Source of the DNA: Mobula birostris
Lineage: Eukaryota
Assembly (NCBI RefSeq): GCF_030028105.1
Contig: NC_092375.1
Span: 128,491,035 to 128,555,034, forward strand
Direction: 5' to 3'
Length of the DNA: 64,000 bases
The notes under the pieces are model-generated. The model had not been told where the DNA came from. It made no database searches and saw nothing but the letters and a program-made list of their open reading frames with translations. Position numbers and translations under genes: made by a program. Below are positions 37,920-50,496 of the stretch, piece by piece. The first letter of the stretch is position 1. The number at the start of each line of letters is the position of its first letter.

Positions 37920-38054
37920 CGAGTTCGCGACTCCGGCCGGTGATGCTGAGGAGCGCCGTTCCGGAAAGAGCCGGGAATTGCCGATCCGTTCTCGGAAAGA
38001 GCCGAGCCGCCATTGTCGCCGCTGTTCTGGTTGAGAAAGCCAAATAGCGAGCAG
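37920..38054 (+). promoter_or_regulatory. NDUFS1: NDUFS1 promoter and non-coding exon 1 (5' end approximate)
   Basis: CpG-rich; ETS-type CCGGAA at 37961; YY1-type CCGCCATT at ~38007; donor CAG|GTATTG at 38054. Confidence 0.6.
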
Positions 38055-38879
38055 GTATTGATGGGGAGCATGATGGTGGGGATTATCCGAGATCGGTTCG
38101 GCTACTGGTGCTTGCAGCAGGGCGAAGTTTCGTGCCTTGGGCTGCATGCGGCGAAGAGTTGGCTGGTGTGCGGCCAATGTTTGGGTTGCGCCGCTTTGCC
38201 CTTGACTGCTCTCTGGGTGACTTGGCAGATGGTGCAGGACTCGCTCTTCCTCCGTCTTTCTCACCCTGCAGGCGCTCTCTCTTTATCATCAGCGTCTAGG
38301 CTTTTGTAAAGGTGTACCTGCAAAATCTTGTGCCCTGGATTCCTCATGGTAATCGCTTCTGTCTTTAAATGGACTCTCTTTCCTTGTTGATGCAGGTTTC
38401 CGAGACCATTCTGTTGCCTCCACAGATGCTGCTTGACTCGTTGAATCCCTCCAGCAATCTGTTTTCTTGCTTCAGATTTTAGCCTCTGGAATTGTGTGTC
38501 TCCGCTCGGTGTTTATGTTTGTCTTGCATTGCGCTTAACCATGTAAATAAATGTACATGTACTGAAGGCTGCAAAGACAGTTTACTAAAAGGAAACATAG
38601 CGAGTATCTGTAGAAAGAGAAGCGACAATATTTCAGGTTGAAGACCAGTTTATTTCCAGCATTTCAGCCTTTATTTTTAGGTTTTCAGTGAGTGGCATTT
38701 CAGATTCTAAAGCACCTTATCTGTGAGTGAATGGGCTGTGGGTTTGCGTGTCTGGGTTTGCTGTGAGCAAGAAATCTCCATTGAATATCAATGCTACACT
38801 GAAGCACCCGTATTGTTGGTAGTATAATGGTGAAGATACATTCTTAAACCACAACATCTTTTAAAAGATTCCCCGAAGC

Positions 38880-39430
38880 TATGGCGGGGAAGAATCGGGG
38901 TCTTTAATAATAACTGCTGTTCTTTTGAACCGTTTTACTGGAAAGTGACTATAGTGTTGTTTAACTCTAATGATTAGGGATGTCTGGTTGGTTGAAGTAC
39001 TACACAATTGAAGAGAGGTAGCTATTCTTGAACCTAATAGTGCAGGACTTTGGCCTTCTGACAGCATAGCCAGAATGGTGGGGATCTTTGACAGATGTGT
39101 CCTTCCTGGGGGGAGCACCTCCTGTAGTTAGTACTGATGGTGGTGAGGGAGGTGCCCATGTTGTGTCGGGCAGAGTCCATGATTCTCTGCAGCTTCTTGT
39201 GTTCCCGTGCATTCAGATTGCCGTACCAGATCATTATACAACCAATCAAGATATTTTCAACAGTACTTCTGTACAAGTTGTTAATGTTCAGTGACAAACT
39301 TAATCTTCTAAGAAAGTAAAAATGCTGGTGTGTTTTTCTTCAGATTGCGTCACGTGCTGGGCCCTGGGTAGGTCATTTGATAAGTTAATGTCATAATATG
39401 TTAAAGTCTTTCCACTGTTGATGCCTTCTT
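38880..39430 (-). mobile_element. Rex1/Babar LINE fragment
   Basis: Peptide LYRSTVENILIGCIMIWYGNLNAREHKKLQRIMDSA. Confidence 0.7.
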
Positions 39431-39759
39431 CCCCCACCCCGTCCCCGTCCCCCTGTGCCCACTCCCCGTGTAGAATGGCACATATTTGTCTTTCTTTCCC
39501 TGTAGTAAACAGAATTAGAAGTCACCTGAACAAGTATGGATTGATTTGGGGAAAACCAGCAAGAATTTATTAAAGATAAATAGTGCTTACCTTGATAGGG
39601 TTTTCTGATGAGATTATAGAACGAGTTGATGAGGTGGATATAGACTTTCAAAGGGCATTTGTTGAAGGAGCCACATAATAGGCTGCTCCTCAAGGTTGAA
39701 ATCTGTGTCATGAAAGGGAGAGTAGCAGTGCTGGATTACAATGAAAATGAAAGCGGCAG

Positions 39760-40251
39760 CAACACAGTAATATTGCTAACGTTAAGCACCCCTGGTCTAA
39801 ATGTTTACTGTTTTTGTTTTTTTTTCTTTTCTTGGAAAATGGAGAATTAACACAAGTAAAGGAAAAGATTTGGGAAAGGAATAAAAAATGATAAAATTAA
39901 GTAAATAAGTACATAGGGATTGGATAATTATGTTTGGGGGTAGGAGCAAACATGAACAAGTTAGGATATAAACACCTACAATGGTAGTTACATAGGCTTA
40001 CATACAACATTTTGGACCAGAAAGAAATGGTCCAGAAGAGATATAAGAAATTATTATTAATCCACTATTATTACTATTTTTCTTAACAACTAATATCATT
40101 ACAGCCTAATAGAGTAGAATTTCAACTGCACATAATTATCTATTTAAGTGTCTAATTTCTTTTTATATCATCTTAATGTGTACTTAGGAATGTATAAATA
40201 ATTATAGTTTTATACATATATTAAAAAAAAGGAAAAGGTTAAAAAAAAACA
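39760..40251 (+). mobile_element. Poly(A)-tailed retroposed 3' fragment (L1-like) inserted in a CR1 remnant
   Basis: A-rich tail; 16-bp TSD aaaatgaaag(c/t)ggcag at 39744 and 40252. Confidence 0.55.
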
Positions 40252-40489
40252 AAAATGAAAGTGGCAGGAGGCAGAGCATTGGTGAACAGTTGTTTTGCAG
40301 ACTGGAGGGAAGTGTGGTGTGAAATTCCCTAGAGGTCAGCACTAGGACCATTGTGTTTCTTTATTGGAAGCTGTAGTTGGGCTAATGGAATTAGTGGACA
40401 CATAGATGATAAGTTCCTACAGAAATGCTGTAACAGAAGCAGGCCCTTTGTCCAATCATGTCAATGGTGACCTTTTTGCTAGTGTATTG

Positions 40490-41010
40490 CAGACATCCCA
40501 CCCTGCAAAAACACATTTCAGGGAGGCAGCACCATCAATTTGCGGGAGACTTCCGGGAGAGGTGGGATGTCTGCAATAGAGTAGCTCCTTAGCAGCTAGC
40601 CAGCTAGTTTAAATAACGTTAGCTATGCTAATGAACAAATGACACCTGTTAAACTCACCTCAACATGTCTCTTACAGTCTTAACCCACAGCAGCGAGCAA
40701 CACTGTCATTATTTTTGACCCCTATTAGGCAGGGGTACACTTTAGTGTAGTCTGGGCTGATGTACGTTTTATATTTTTTTTTGGAACACTCTGCCATGGC
40801 GCGCTCTCGCTCGCGCTCGCTCTCTTTTTCGTGGTCGCTCGCGTGCTCTCAAGTGCTCTTGCTTTCACTCTCGCTTTCTCTCTCACTCACTCTTGCTCTC
40901 TGTCGTGGTCGTGCTCGCGCTCTCTTGCTCGCTCTCAAAAAAATTGATTTCCGTGATATTGTATATAAATTGCGGGCATCAGGGAACTCCCGGGAGAGGT
41001 GGGATGTCTG
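40490..41010. mobile_element. Non-autonomous TIR DNA element with (TCGCTC)n-like core
   Basis: TIR CAGACATCCCACC...GGTGGGATGTCTG; 6-bp flanking direct repeat GTATTG. Confidence 0.65.
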
Positions 41011-41893
41011 GTATTGTGTTACATTTTGGTGGGAAGAATGAGGAAAGCAGTATGAATGACAGGACACTATTCTACAGTAACGGAAAGTTTTTGGGGGTTG
41101 TAGATATAAATTTTTTAAAATGTCAGTGCAGGTTGAGAATTTTTCTGGCTTCATAAGTAGAAGCATGTATTATATAAGGAAGGTCATGGTGAACCTTTTG
41201 TAAATCACCACTCTGGTCACAAGTGGAGTATTTTTGTAAATCACTGGTCTGGTCATAACTGGAGTATTTTGTCCCATTTTGGGTGCTACATTTTAGGAAA
41301 GACGTGAAGGCCTTAAGAGGAGATATACTTAATGATTCCAGTAATAAGTTACATGAATGGATTGGAAGAGCTGTTTTCAGGGAACATAGATACTTGAGGG
41401 GGATCCGATAGAGGTATTTGAAATAGTGAAGAATCTTGACAGACTTTTGTTCTTGGCAAAGGGGTCGAGGGCTTAGGAGTCATGAAATTAGTTGACTGAT
41501 AAAAGTATCAAAAGTGACCAGTACAACATAGTGAGTGGTAATCAGAAACATAGCCAGGCTAATTTTGTTTGTCTTCTGCTGCATCTATTTTTATGAAAAG
41601 GAGAGAAAAAGAAAAGAAAGGGAGGGAAGGAGGGAGGAGTGGGGTCAGCTTTGTTGCCCTTGAATTGAGTAGCGAGGAGTCAGTGGGTCAATCTATTTTC
41701 TGTGACTCAGAATGAGGTCTGTGCTCACAGAATGAAGAAAGATAATACTTTGGAAATGGTGAATTTGTTCTTTGTTGGAATAAATGATTACCTTTCATGA
41801 CTCTCTTATATCCTGTTCTAGAGCTTCTGATACACTTTTCAAGTTTATGTAAGCTGCTGCTAATGGACTCTTTTATTGTTGCAGTTCGCCATC

Positions 41894-41975
41894 ATGCTGC
41901 GATTACCTGTGATCCGTAAGACGTTAACAAGTGCTGCACACTCGACTAAAGAATGCCTCAGAACAAAGAGTATTG
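41894..41975 (+). CDS. NDUFS1: NADH:ubiquinone oxidoreductase 75 kDa subunit, exon 2 (start, transit peptide)
   Basis: ttgcag|ttcgccatcATG; MLRLPVIRKTLTSAAHSTKECLRTKSI(V)|gtaaat; phase 1 matches exon 3. Confidence 0.85.
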
Positions 41976-42439
41976 GTAAATAAGTAGTTGTGACAAATAG
42001 TTATTGCTCGTTTAACCACTTTAGTCCCCTGTTATGTGTGTGTATGCATGTGGTTACTGATGTTTTATGTAAGGCACATTATAATCTCTAGCAAAGATAT
42101 TTTTAATATTTCAATCTTCTGTAGGAGTTTGTGCGCCTCAGGATAAGGGAATATTGAGTATAATTGAGATCATTATGGTTCTGTCTTGACTTTACTAATC
42201 CCAAGCTCTTTCTTCTCTTTCTTCGGTTGTCCATCAAAATCCAATGATGATGTCCACTCCAATCCCTAAAACAACACCATCTATTTTGTCTTAATACTTT
42301 TGAAACGTATCTCTGACCAAACTTATATCTCTGGTCTAATGTTTGTTCAACTAGCTGTGTGCAAACCTGTGTCTAAGTACATTCCAGTGACACTCTTTCC
42401 AAATGCTTAACTGTGTAAAGAATGCTAAAAAGATTTGTC

Positions 42440-44210
42440 AGATGCTAAATGGATTTGTCAGGTAAGACCTCCTCTTAAGGAAACCATGTTGACTTTGACC
42501 TACTTTATTAATTCCTCCAAGTATACCAAAACCTCATCCTTAATAATGGACTCCAACATTTTCCCAACTGTAGAAGTCAGGCTAACTGGCCTATTATGAT
42601 TTCCTTTCTTTTGCCTCCTTCCCTTCTTAAAGAGTGGAGTGACATTTGCAATTTTCCAATCCTCCAAAACTGTTCCAGAATCTAGTGATTCTTGAAAGAT
42701 CATTACTAATGCCTCCATAATCTCTTCAGCTACCACTTTCAGAACCCTGGGTTCTAGGTGACTTACCTATCTTCAGACCTTTTAGTTTCCCAAGCATCTT
42801 CTGTTTAGTAATAGCAACTATACTCACTTTATATCTGAAAAAACTTTTGGTATCCTCTTTTATATTATTGGCTAGCTTACCTTTGTATTTCATCTTTTCT
42901 TTCCTTGTGGCTTTTTTAGTTGCCTTTTGTTGACTTCCCTTGTCAGCCACAGTTGCTCCATCTTCTCTTCAGAATACCCAATCCAGAATTGCCTTTCCTC
43001 TAGTGAGCTCAAAGACAAGCTACTCTTAAAGCCATCTTGTAGGCATCCTACAAATTCCCTCTCTTCGGATCCAGCATCAACCTGATTTTCCCAATCTACC
43101 TGCATTTTAAATCCTCCATCCCTGTCATAGTATTGTCCTTATTACATGCTTTTTTATCCACTGTTGTAATTTGTAACCCACATCCTGGCTACTATTTGGA
43201 GGCCTGTATATTACTCCCATCCGGGTCTTTTTACCCTTGCAGTTTCTTAACTCTCCCTTTAATGATTGTACATTTCAGATTCTATGTCACTTCTTCCTAA
43301 GTGTTTGACTTTACTTTTTGCCAGCAGAGCCATACCCCTCCCTCTGCCCACCTGCCTGTTCTTTTGATGCAAGGTGTATCCTTGGATATTAAGCTCCATG
43401 ATCTTTCAGCCATGACACAATGATGCCCACAAGTGTCGTATCTGCCAATCTCTTAATTGCGCTACAAGATCGTCTACCTTATTCTGTATACTGTGTGGAT
43501 TCAAATATAACATGTTCAGCCCTGTATTTATCACCCTTTTTGATTTTCCCCCATGTTACACTTCAACTCATCCCACTAACTGCAATTTTGCCCTAACATC
43601 TGCCTGTCCTTCCTCACAGTCTCACTACACACTGCCTGCACCTTCAGTCCTATCATTCTGGTTCCCATTCCCCTGCCAAATTAGTTTAAATCCTCACCAA
43701 TCGCTCTAGCAAACCTGCCTGCAAGGATATTGGTCTCCCTCGGGTTCAGGTGTAACCCGTTCTTTCCTACAGGCCATCACCTTCCCCAGAAGAGACCCAA
43801 TGATCCAGAAATCTGAAACCCTGCCCCATGCACCAATTTCTCTGCCCCACATTCATCTGCCAGATCAACCTATTCTCACCCTCACTGGCTTGTGGCACAG
43901 GTAGCGATCTAGAGATTACTGGTGGTCCTGCTCAGCTTTCTACCTAACTCCTTATACTTTCTATCCAGGACCTCCTTTTTGCTACCGATATGTCCCATGA
44001 CTTCTTACTGCTCCCCCTCCCCCTTTAGAATGCTCTGGACCCGATCCCAGACACCTCTGACCCTTGCTGCTGGGTGGCAAAATGCCACCTGCATTTCTTT
44101 TTCACATCCGGAGAACCTGTCTGCTCCTCAACTATGGAATCCCTATCACTACTGCACTTCTCCTCTCCCGCCTTCCCTTCTGAGCCACGGAGCCAGAGAC
44201 CTGCTTGTTG
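42440..44210 (-). mobile_element. CR1 LINE remnant
   Basis: Peptide IFQESLDSGTVLEDWKIANVTPLFKKG...RPVSLTSTVGKMLESIIKD. Confidence 0.8.
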
Positions 44211-44559
44211 TGGCTGCCATTGTTGGATTTTGGTTTGAGGCTTATTGCATTGAGGAGTCTGTATTAGTTTTGCATTATTTCAGTGTGTATATGGCTTTAA
44301 TGTAATGCAAACTGGTATCAGCAACAGCCAGAAGGAAGGCAAGTTTGAAAATGGAACTCATTGCTGGCATAGAAACTGCCATCTCAACGTAACATCTTGA
44401 GTACTTGTTTTTAGGCTGGTTTTTGCTCCAATGTGAGAAACGTTCGTGTTGTATTTGAAGATCGTGGCTTACACCCAGGATAGTTTTAGTGCTCGGAAGT
44501 TTGTTCAACAGCCAGTTTGTGAATGCCAGGCAATGGTGAGATCTGACGAGGGAAAACCC

Positions 44560-45140
44560 AAAATCAGAATCAGAGTCAGGTTTGATATCACTGGCATATG
44601 TTATGAAATTTGTTAACTTAGCAGCAGCAGCTGTACAATGCAATACATGACGAATATAGAAAGAAGTCAATTATAATAAGTACATCTTTGTATATTAAAA
44701 AATTAAATTAAAAATGGTGCATATAAAGAAAAGTGAAGTAGGGTTCATGGGTTAAATGTCCATTTAGAAATCAGATGGCAGACGGGAAGAATCTGTTTCT
44801 GAATCGCTGAGTGTGTGCCTTCAGGCTTCTGTACCTCCTTCCTGAAGGTAACAATGAGAAGAGGGCATGTCCTGGGTGATGAGGGTCCTTAATAGTGGAT
44901 GACGTCTTTCTGAGGCACCGCTCCTTGAAGATGTTTTTGATACTACGGAGACTAGTCCATGATGGAGCTGATTGATTTTACAACTTTCTGCAGCTTTTTT
45001 CAATCCTGGGCAGTAGCCCCCACCCCCATACCAGGTAGTGATGCAGCCTGTCAGAATGCTCTCCATGGTATATGTGTAGAAGTTTTTGAGGGTTTTGGGT
45101 GACAAATCAAATCTCCTCTAACTTCTAATGAAATATAGCC
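44560..45140 (-). mobile_element. Rex1/Babar LINE 3' fragment
   Basis: Peptide PKTLKNFYTYTMESILTGCITTWYG; tail (gattct)n-like. Confidence 0.7.
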
Positions 45141-45754
45141 TCTCCAGTTATTACTCCCTGACACTGAATGGCATTACCTTCACTAAATCTCCCACTATCA
45201 ATAACTGGGGACTATCATTGACTAGAAACCTACCAGGAGTGGCCATATACACAATGTGGCTGCAAAAACAGGTCAGAGGCTAGGACTCCTCTCGGGAATA
45301 ACTCATCTCCTAATTCCTCAAAGCCTGTCTATATCTAAAAGGCCCAAGTCAGGAGTTTGGTAGAATGATCTTCCACTTGCCCAGGTGAGCGTAGCTTTAA
45401 TAGCATTCAAGAAGCTCGACTCTACACAGGATATAACTCTCCACTTGATTGGCTCCCCAGTCACACTTCATGACTGACACACAATTTGTACCATCTACAA
45501 GATGCACTGCAGCCCCTTACTAATTCTCCTTAGACAGTGCCTTCCAGGCCACTAACTGGAAAGACGAGAGCAACAAAAGTGCAGTAATTCCAGCAGCTGG
45601 AAATTGCCCTCCAAGCCATGCACCATCCTGACATGAATATATCACTAGTTCTTCACCATTGCTGGGTCACAATGCTGGAACTTTCTTACAAAATTGTGTG
45701 TAAACCCACATTTCAATGACTGCAGTGGCTTACCATTACCACCGGAAGGGCAGA

Positions 45755-46030
45755 TTTATTTATTATTTAGAGATTTTGCACAGAGCAGACCCTCCTGTCC
45801 CAACGAGCTGCACTGCCCAGCAACCCACTTATCTAACCTTAGCCTAATCGCAGGACAATTTCCAATTAGGAATGTGGGAGGAAACTGGAGAACCTGTAGG
45901 AAACCCAGGTGCTCACGGGAAGAACATACAAACTTCTTACAGACGGCATTGGAATTGAACTTTGAACTCCAACGCTCCGAGCAGTAATAGTGTCGCACTA
46001 ACCGCTGTGCCATTGTGGCACCCCACGTCC
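45755..46030 (-). mobile_element. tRNA-derived V-SINE-like element
   Basis: Head ATGGCACAGCGGTTAG...GTTCAATTCC; central CTGTAAGAAGTTTGTATGTTCTTCCCGTG...GGGTTTCC. Confidence 0.6.
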
Positions 46031-46894
46031 CTTGAATGAATAAAAGCAAACTCCATTTAATTGTTTAATTTTAGGATTGCTGATAAGGTTCAGAAAGACA
46101 AATTAAAAATGCCTTTTCACCAATTTTGTTCTGTTGACTCTACCTATCCTCTGCTTCTAGGAGCTGTAGTTTTTGAGCAAAGCTTTATAGCTTAAGTGAA
46201 GACCTGTCCCAAGTAAAGGTAGTTTCCAGCTATTCAAGCTCCTCTGACAAAAATTGTGCAACACAGTTCATGTTACGGTACAGGGTAGTGATGTGGACTT
46301 TGGTAGGTTAAAATAAGTCATGTAATACCCCAGGTGGAATTAGAACCAATTCCAGACATGTAAATGTGCCAGTCTTTCACACAGTTTCTCTCCCTTCCCC
46401 AGTGTTACTGCCCATGTCTTCTTTCTCTTTGGTCCCCACCATCAGGCAGGAGGTATCGTAGCATTGAGACAAGATCTGTTAGGATGGGAAACAGCTTCCT
46501 CCCCAGTCTGTAAGATTACTGAACTCCCTGCCACCACCCAGGTCTCATAACGTATGAAGCGCCAGTAGAATTATACTGTTTATTTTTTAACTTGTGTCAT
46601 ATGTACACATTACTTGTTAATTTGTTTGTGATAATATTACTTGGTGTTGTGTTTGTGAGTTATATGTACTGTGTTGTGCACCTTGGTCTGGATGAACATT
46701 GTTTCATTTGACTGTTTATATGTGTACAATTAAATGACAATAAACTGAACTTGAACTTGGTTCAGGATCAAATATTTATGGGACCATAACTCAGATCACT
46801 TGATTGGCTGAACAAGCCTGAGATAATGAAACACACTAGCACAGAAATGTAAAGTAAAATTGGATGTTGTTGGCCATTGTTGGATGTTTTAAAT

Positions 46895-48081
46895 CAGCGG
46901 TCCCCAACCACCGGGCCGCAAAGCATGTGCTACCGGGCCGCGAGGAAACGATATGATTTGGCGATATGAGTCAGCTGCACCTTTCCTCATTCCCTGTCAC
47001 GGCCACCGTTGAGCAATTATGCATGCGAGGTCATTACCCGCGCGTCATCCATGTCAGCGCGGGAAGGAGATCAACTCCTCGAGCTTGCAAATGACGGCCG
47101 GCTGAAAAGTAAGTTTGACGTAACATCTCTGCCGGCATTCTGGATCAAAGTCAAGGCTAAATATCCTGAGGTAGCCACGAAAGCACTGAAAACGTTGCTT
47201 TCATTTCCAACATTTTTCTGCAAAGCAATGAATGCAACGAAAACTAAATTGCGGAATAGACTGGACACAAGGAACCCCTTCAAGTATCGTTGTCTCCCAT
47301 CACCCCTCGACAGGACCGTCTTGTTGCAGGAAAACAAGCCCAGGGCTCCTACTGACACAGCGATATTGGTGTGTTGCAATGATCTTATATGTTCATACGG
47401 AAAAAATGTGCTGTGTGTTTAATATCCAAATGTTACTTAAAATGTTATGATGCTATTGACTGACTTATATAACCATATAACAATTACAGCACGGAAACAG
47501 GCCATCTCGGCCCTTCTAGTCCGTGCCGAACGCTACTCACACCTCGTCCCACTGACCTGCACTCAGCCCATAACTCCCCATTCCTTTCCTGTCCATGTAC
47601 CTATCCGATTTTTTATTAAATGATAATATCGAACCTGCCTCTACCACTTCTACTGGAAGTTCGTTCAACACTTACTTCAAGCTCCCCTGTCCTCCCCTGA
47701 TAATTAACTTATCACTATATTCATGCGAGGAAAATATGCGCTGTGTGTTTAATATTAAATTTGTTAGATTAACCCTTTTAGAAAGGAAATTGAGTGTATT
47801 AGCCACTTATCACCTATATTCCGGTCGTGATTAACACCCTGCCCCCGAACAGAATCGCCAAAAACAATTTGCAGAAAAAAAAATCGGAAGGTACATGCAT
47901 GCGCACTGGTGCCCGCGCAAGGCTTCATGGTCATTGTAGTCTTTCTCGGGGTAAGCTCAACATATTTGACTGCTACCCTTGTCCGTTGGTAGCCCTACCC
48001 CCCCCCCCCGGGTCGGCCGGTCCGCAAGAATATTGTCAATATTAAACCAGTCCGCAGTGCAGAAAAGGTTGGGGACCCCTG
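46895..48081 (+). mobile_element. hAT (Charlie-like) non-autonomous transposon
   Basis: TIR CAG(C/G)GGTCCCCAACC; 8-bp TSD ttttaa(a/g)t; dimerisation-domain peptide SLPAFWIKVKAKYPEVATKALKTLLSFPT...KTKLRNRLD. Confidence 0.85.
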
Positions 48082-48203
48082 TTTTAAGTGACTACTTAAT
48101 TGTCTGACTTTCTTTTCCTGTCCCAGTGGTGTATTTCATGTCTTTGTGGTGATTTACTCCTGGAGTACTAATCCTGGTTGTTATCTTCTCTTAATGTTTG
48201 CAG

Positions 48204-48295
48204 TTCGCTGCACATCAACAGCAGCTAGCAACCTGGTGGAGGTGTTTGTTGATGGCAAGCCAGTGATGGTAGAGCCTGGAACCACTGTTCTACAG
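48204..48295 (+). CDS. NDUFS1: NDUFS1 exon 3
   Basis: ttgcag|(V)[30 protein letters not shown]|gtatgt, 92 nt. Confidence 0.95.
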
Positions 48296-48649
48296 GTATG
48301 TCTTCCTAAACCAATAACCTTAAATACTGTTGTTATGGAATAGGGCAGTGTTAAGATTGATTAGTAATCTATTGTGACAAGACAGGATGTTTGGGAAAAA
48401 TAATTATTGGAGTGGGTAACAATATTTTTCACAAGCACATGGCGGTTGGCACAGTAGCGCAGTGGTTACTATTATGCTTTACGGCAACAGTGATCAGAAG
48501 GTTGGCATTCGATTCCAGCCGTTATCTGTAAGGAGTTTGTACTGTACATATGACAAATAGCCCCAGTCTTAAAATCCTAGTATTCATTTGTAGACTTCTA
48601 CTAATTGGCCTATTTGATATCCCAGTAGATGTCATAAAGAGCCAAATGC

Positions 48650-49372
48650 AATGGATTCCGCTTAATTGGGATATATCAAGACCAGTACATTTTGGCCCGA
48701 TTAGGTGGCTCCCCCAATTAGCTGAACTTTCATGAAAGTAGATTTAAAAGGTATTTTAAAAAAAAGACAAACTACCATTTAACTGAGTGACAGATTATGC
48801 ATTTTAATGAAATACAGAACAAATTACAACACTACCAGTACTATTACAGTTCTATAAAACTGTCCATTACTTCCTGATAGTTATTGACTGAGGAATTCAA
48901 ACAATGTAGGCTGATATATTCTTTTGATTGACTGTAAATCAGTGCAGACACCTACTGTAGATAATGGACTGCCTTCATACAATGCTTTCAATGATTGCAC
49001 CCTCCAAATCTTCATTTTCATTGAAATATTGAAGGTAATTGTTGATACCTTCAAATTGTTTGTAGTTCCTAACTTCCTAAAGCTTTTCGAACACATACAC
49101 ATACAACTGACACTATTTTAAAAACTGTTCGCTGTAAACACGGTGTAGTGTCTAATGGCCACGCAAGTGCACGTGACTGACGCTAGTTAGAAACTGTTTG
49201 ACAGCCGTCTCCTGACACATTTAAGTAGTGTAGTGTCCCAAGTAAACAAAGGGAATTCTGGCAGTCTTCTCAATTAGTTTTTGTTCTTTAAGAGTTGTCC
49301 TTTAATAATTTTGTTCTTTAGTAATTGACTGCCCCGATTAACCTGATGGCTTAATAAACCAGAATCCAATGT
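48650..49372 (+). mobile_element. Tigger/pogo-like non-autonomous DNA transposon
   Basis: Ends caatggattccgcttaattggg ... taaaccagaatccaatgta are imperfect inverted repeats. Confidence 0.55.
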
Positions 49373-50496
49373 ATCCATTTTTTTCTGAGTTCTAAAAGAT
49401 AGGCAAGAACATAAACAGAACCGATGACTAATGCGTAAATTCTAGCAATGTTATTAGATTAAGGGAGTGTCCTACCCTGGCAAATGAATTGCTCTATAGG
49501 TACGTATCAGATCACTCACTTTGGAGTGAACAAGATAGATCAGAGTAATGCCTGAATAGTGAAAAGCTAGAAAGTGCAGAGGACCGGAAGCTTGTTTGGG
49601 GAAAAAGATAGATAGGTCATTGACATATCTTCAGGAACAAGAAATACTCGTAAGTGGACTCTTCTATAAGGAGTTGAAGTTGTGATATAATTTATAAGAT
49701 CCTAATTAATCCACATTTGATGTATATTCTTTCTGGACCAATCCTTGGAATGAGCAAAGATTTACAACAAGTGAATTTGGAAATTTGAGTTTTAATCCTC
49801 TGGAATTTTGAGTCAAATTTTTCAGCCTACTGAGGGAAATGAATAGGATGGATGCTACTTGTCTGTTGATATGTCTTGGACCAGATGAAATAGTCTAAAG
49901 ATGAAAACTAACCTTTCAAGAATGAAGATGGGTTGTACTTCTATGAGCAAAGGATAGTTGAACTCGGAATTCTTCAGTAAATGGAAATTGGTTCTGTGTG
50001 CATTATTAATATTAATTCAGAGTTTTAAAATTACACACCTTAATACATAATTAATAACTATCAATAGTGTGGGAGAGAGCCAGATGTTTGGAGTTTTGGA
50101 GTCGGGTCACCACTAGAAACCTGAATAGTAGGACTAACTCTGCTGGCTAAATGACCCTTTTGCTCCTAAGTGTTTAAATTGCTTTGTCTAATCAGAAAGC
50201 TTCATTATGTTGTAGAAGCTAAAACAGCATTTTAAGTTCTTCAAAAAAATCAACTATTTATTTAATGGCTTTCAATAGCTTCAGTAATGATTTACTGCTA
50301 AATACATGGCTCATTAGCTGAGGACTTCCCAATATACATCAGAATATGGTAGAGTACCAATATCATGAAATGGTAAAGTTGGAAATACGGGTGAAGACAT
50401 GACAGACAGGTGTGAAATATTGCACTTTTGGAGGTCAAATATAAGAGGAAACTATGCAGTACATGGCAGGACCCTTAAAGCATTGATATACGGAGG

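Noticed and set aside
37848-38309. Several overlapping ORFs at the NDUFS1 promoter (likewise 19625-20199)
   Set aside because: GC-rich promoter/intron sequence with no recognisable protein features.
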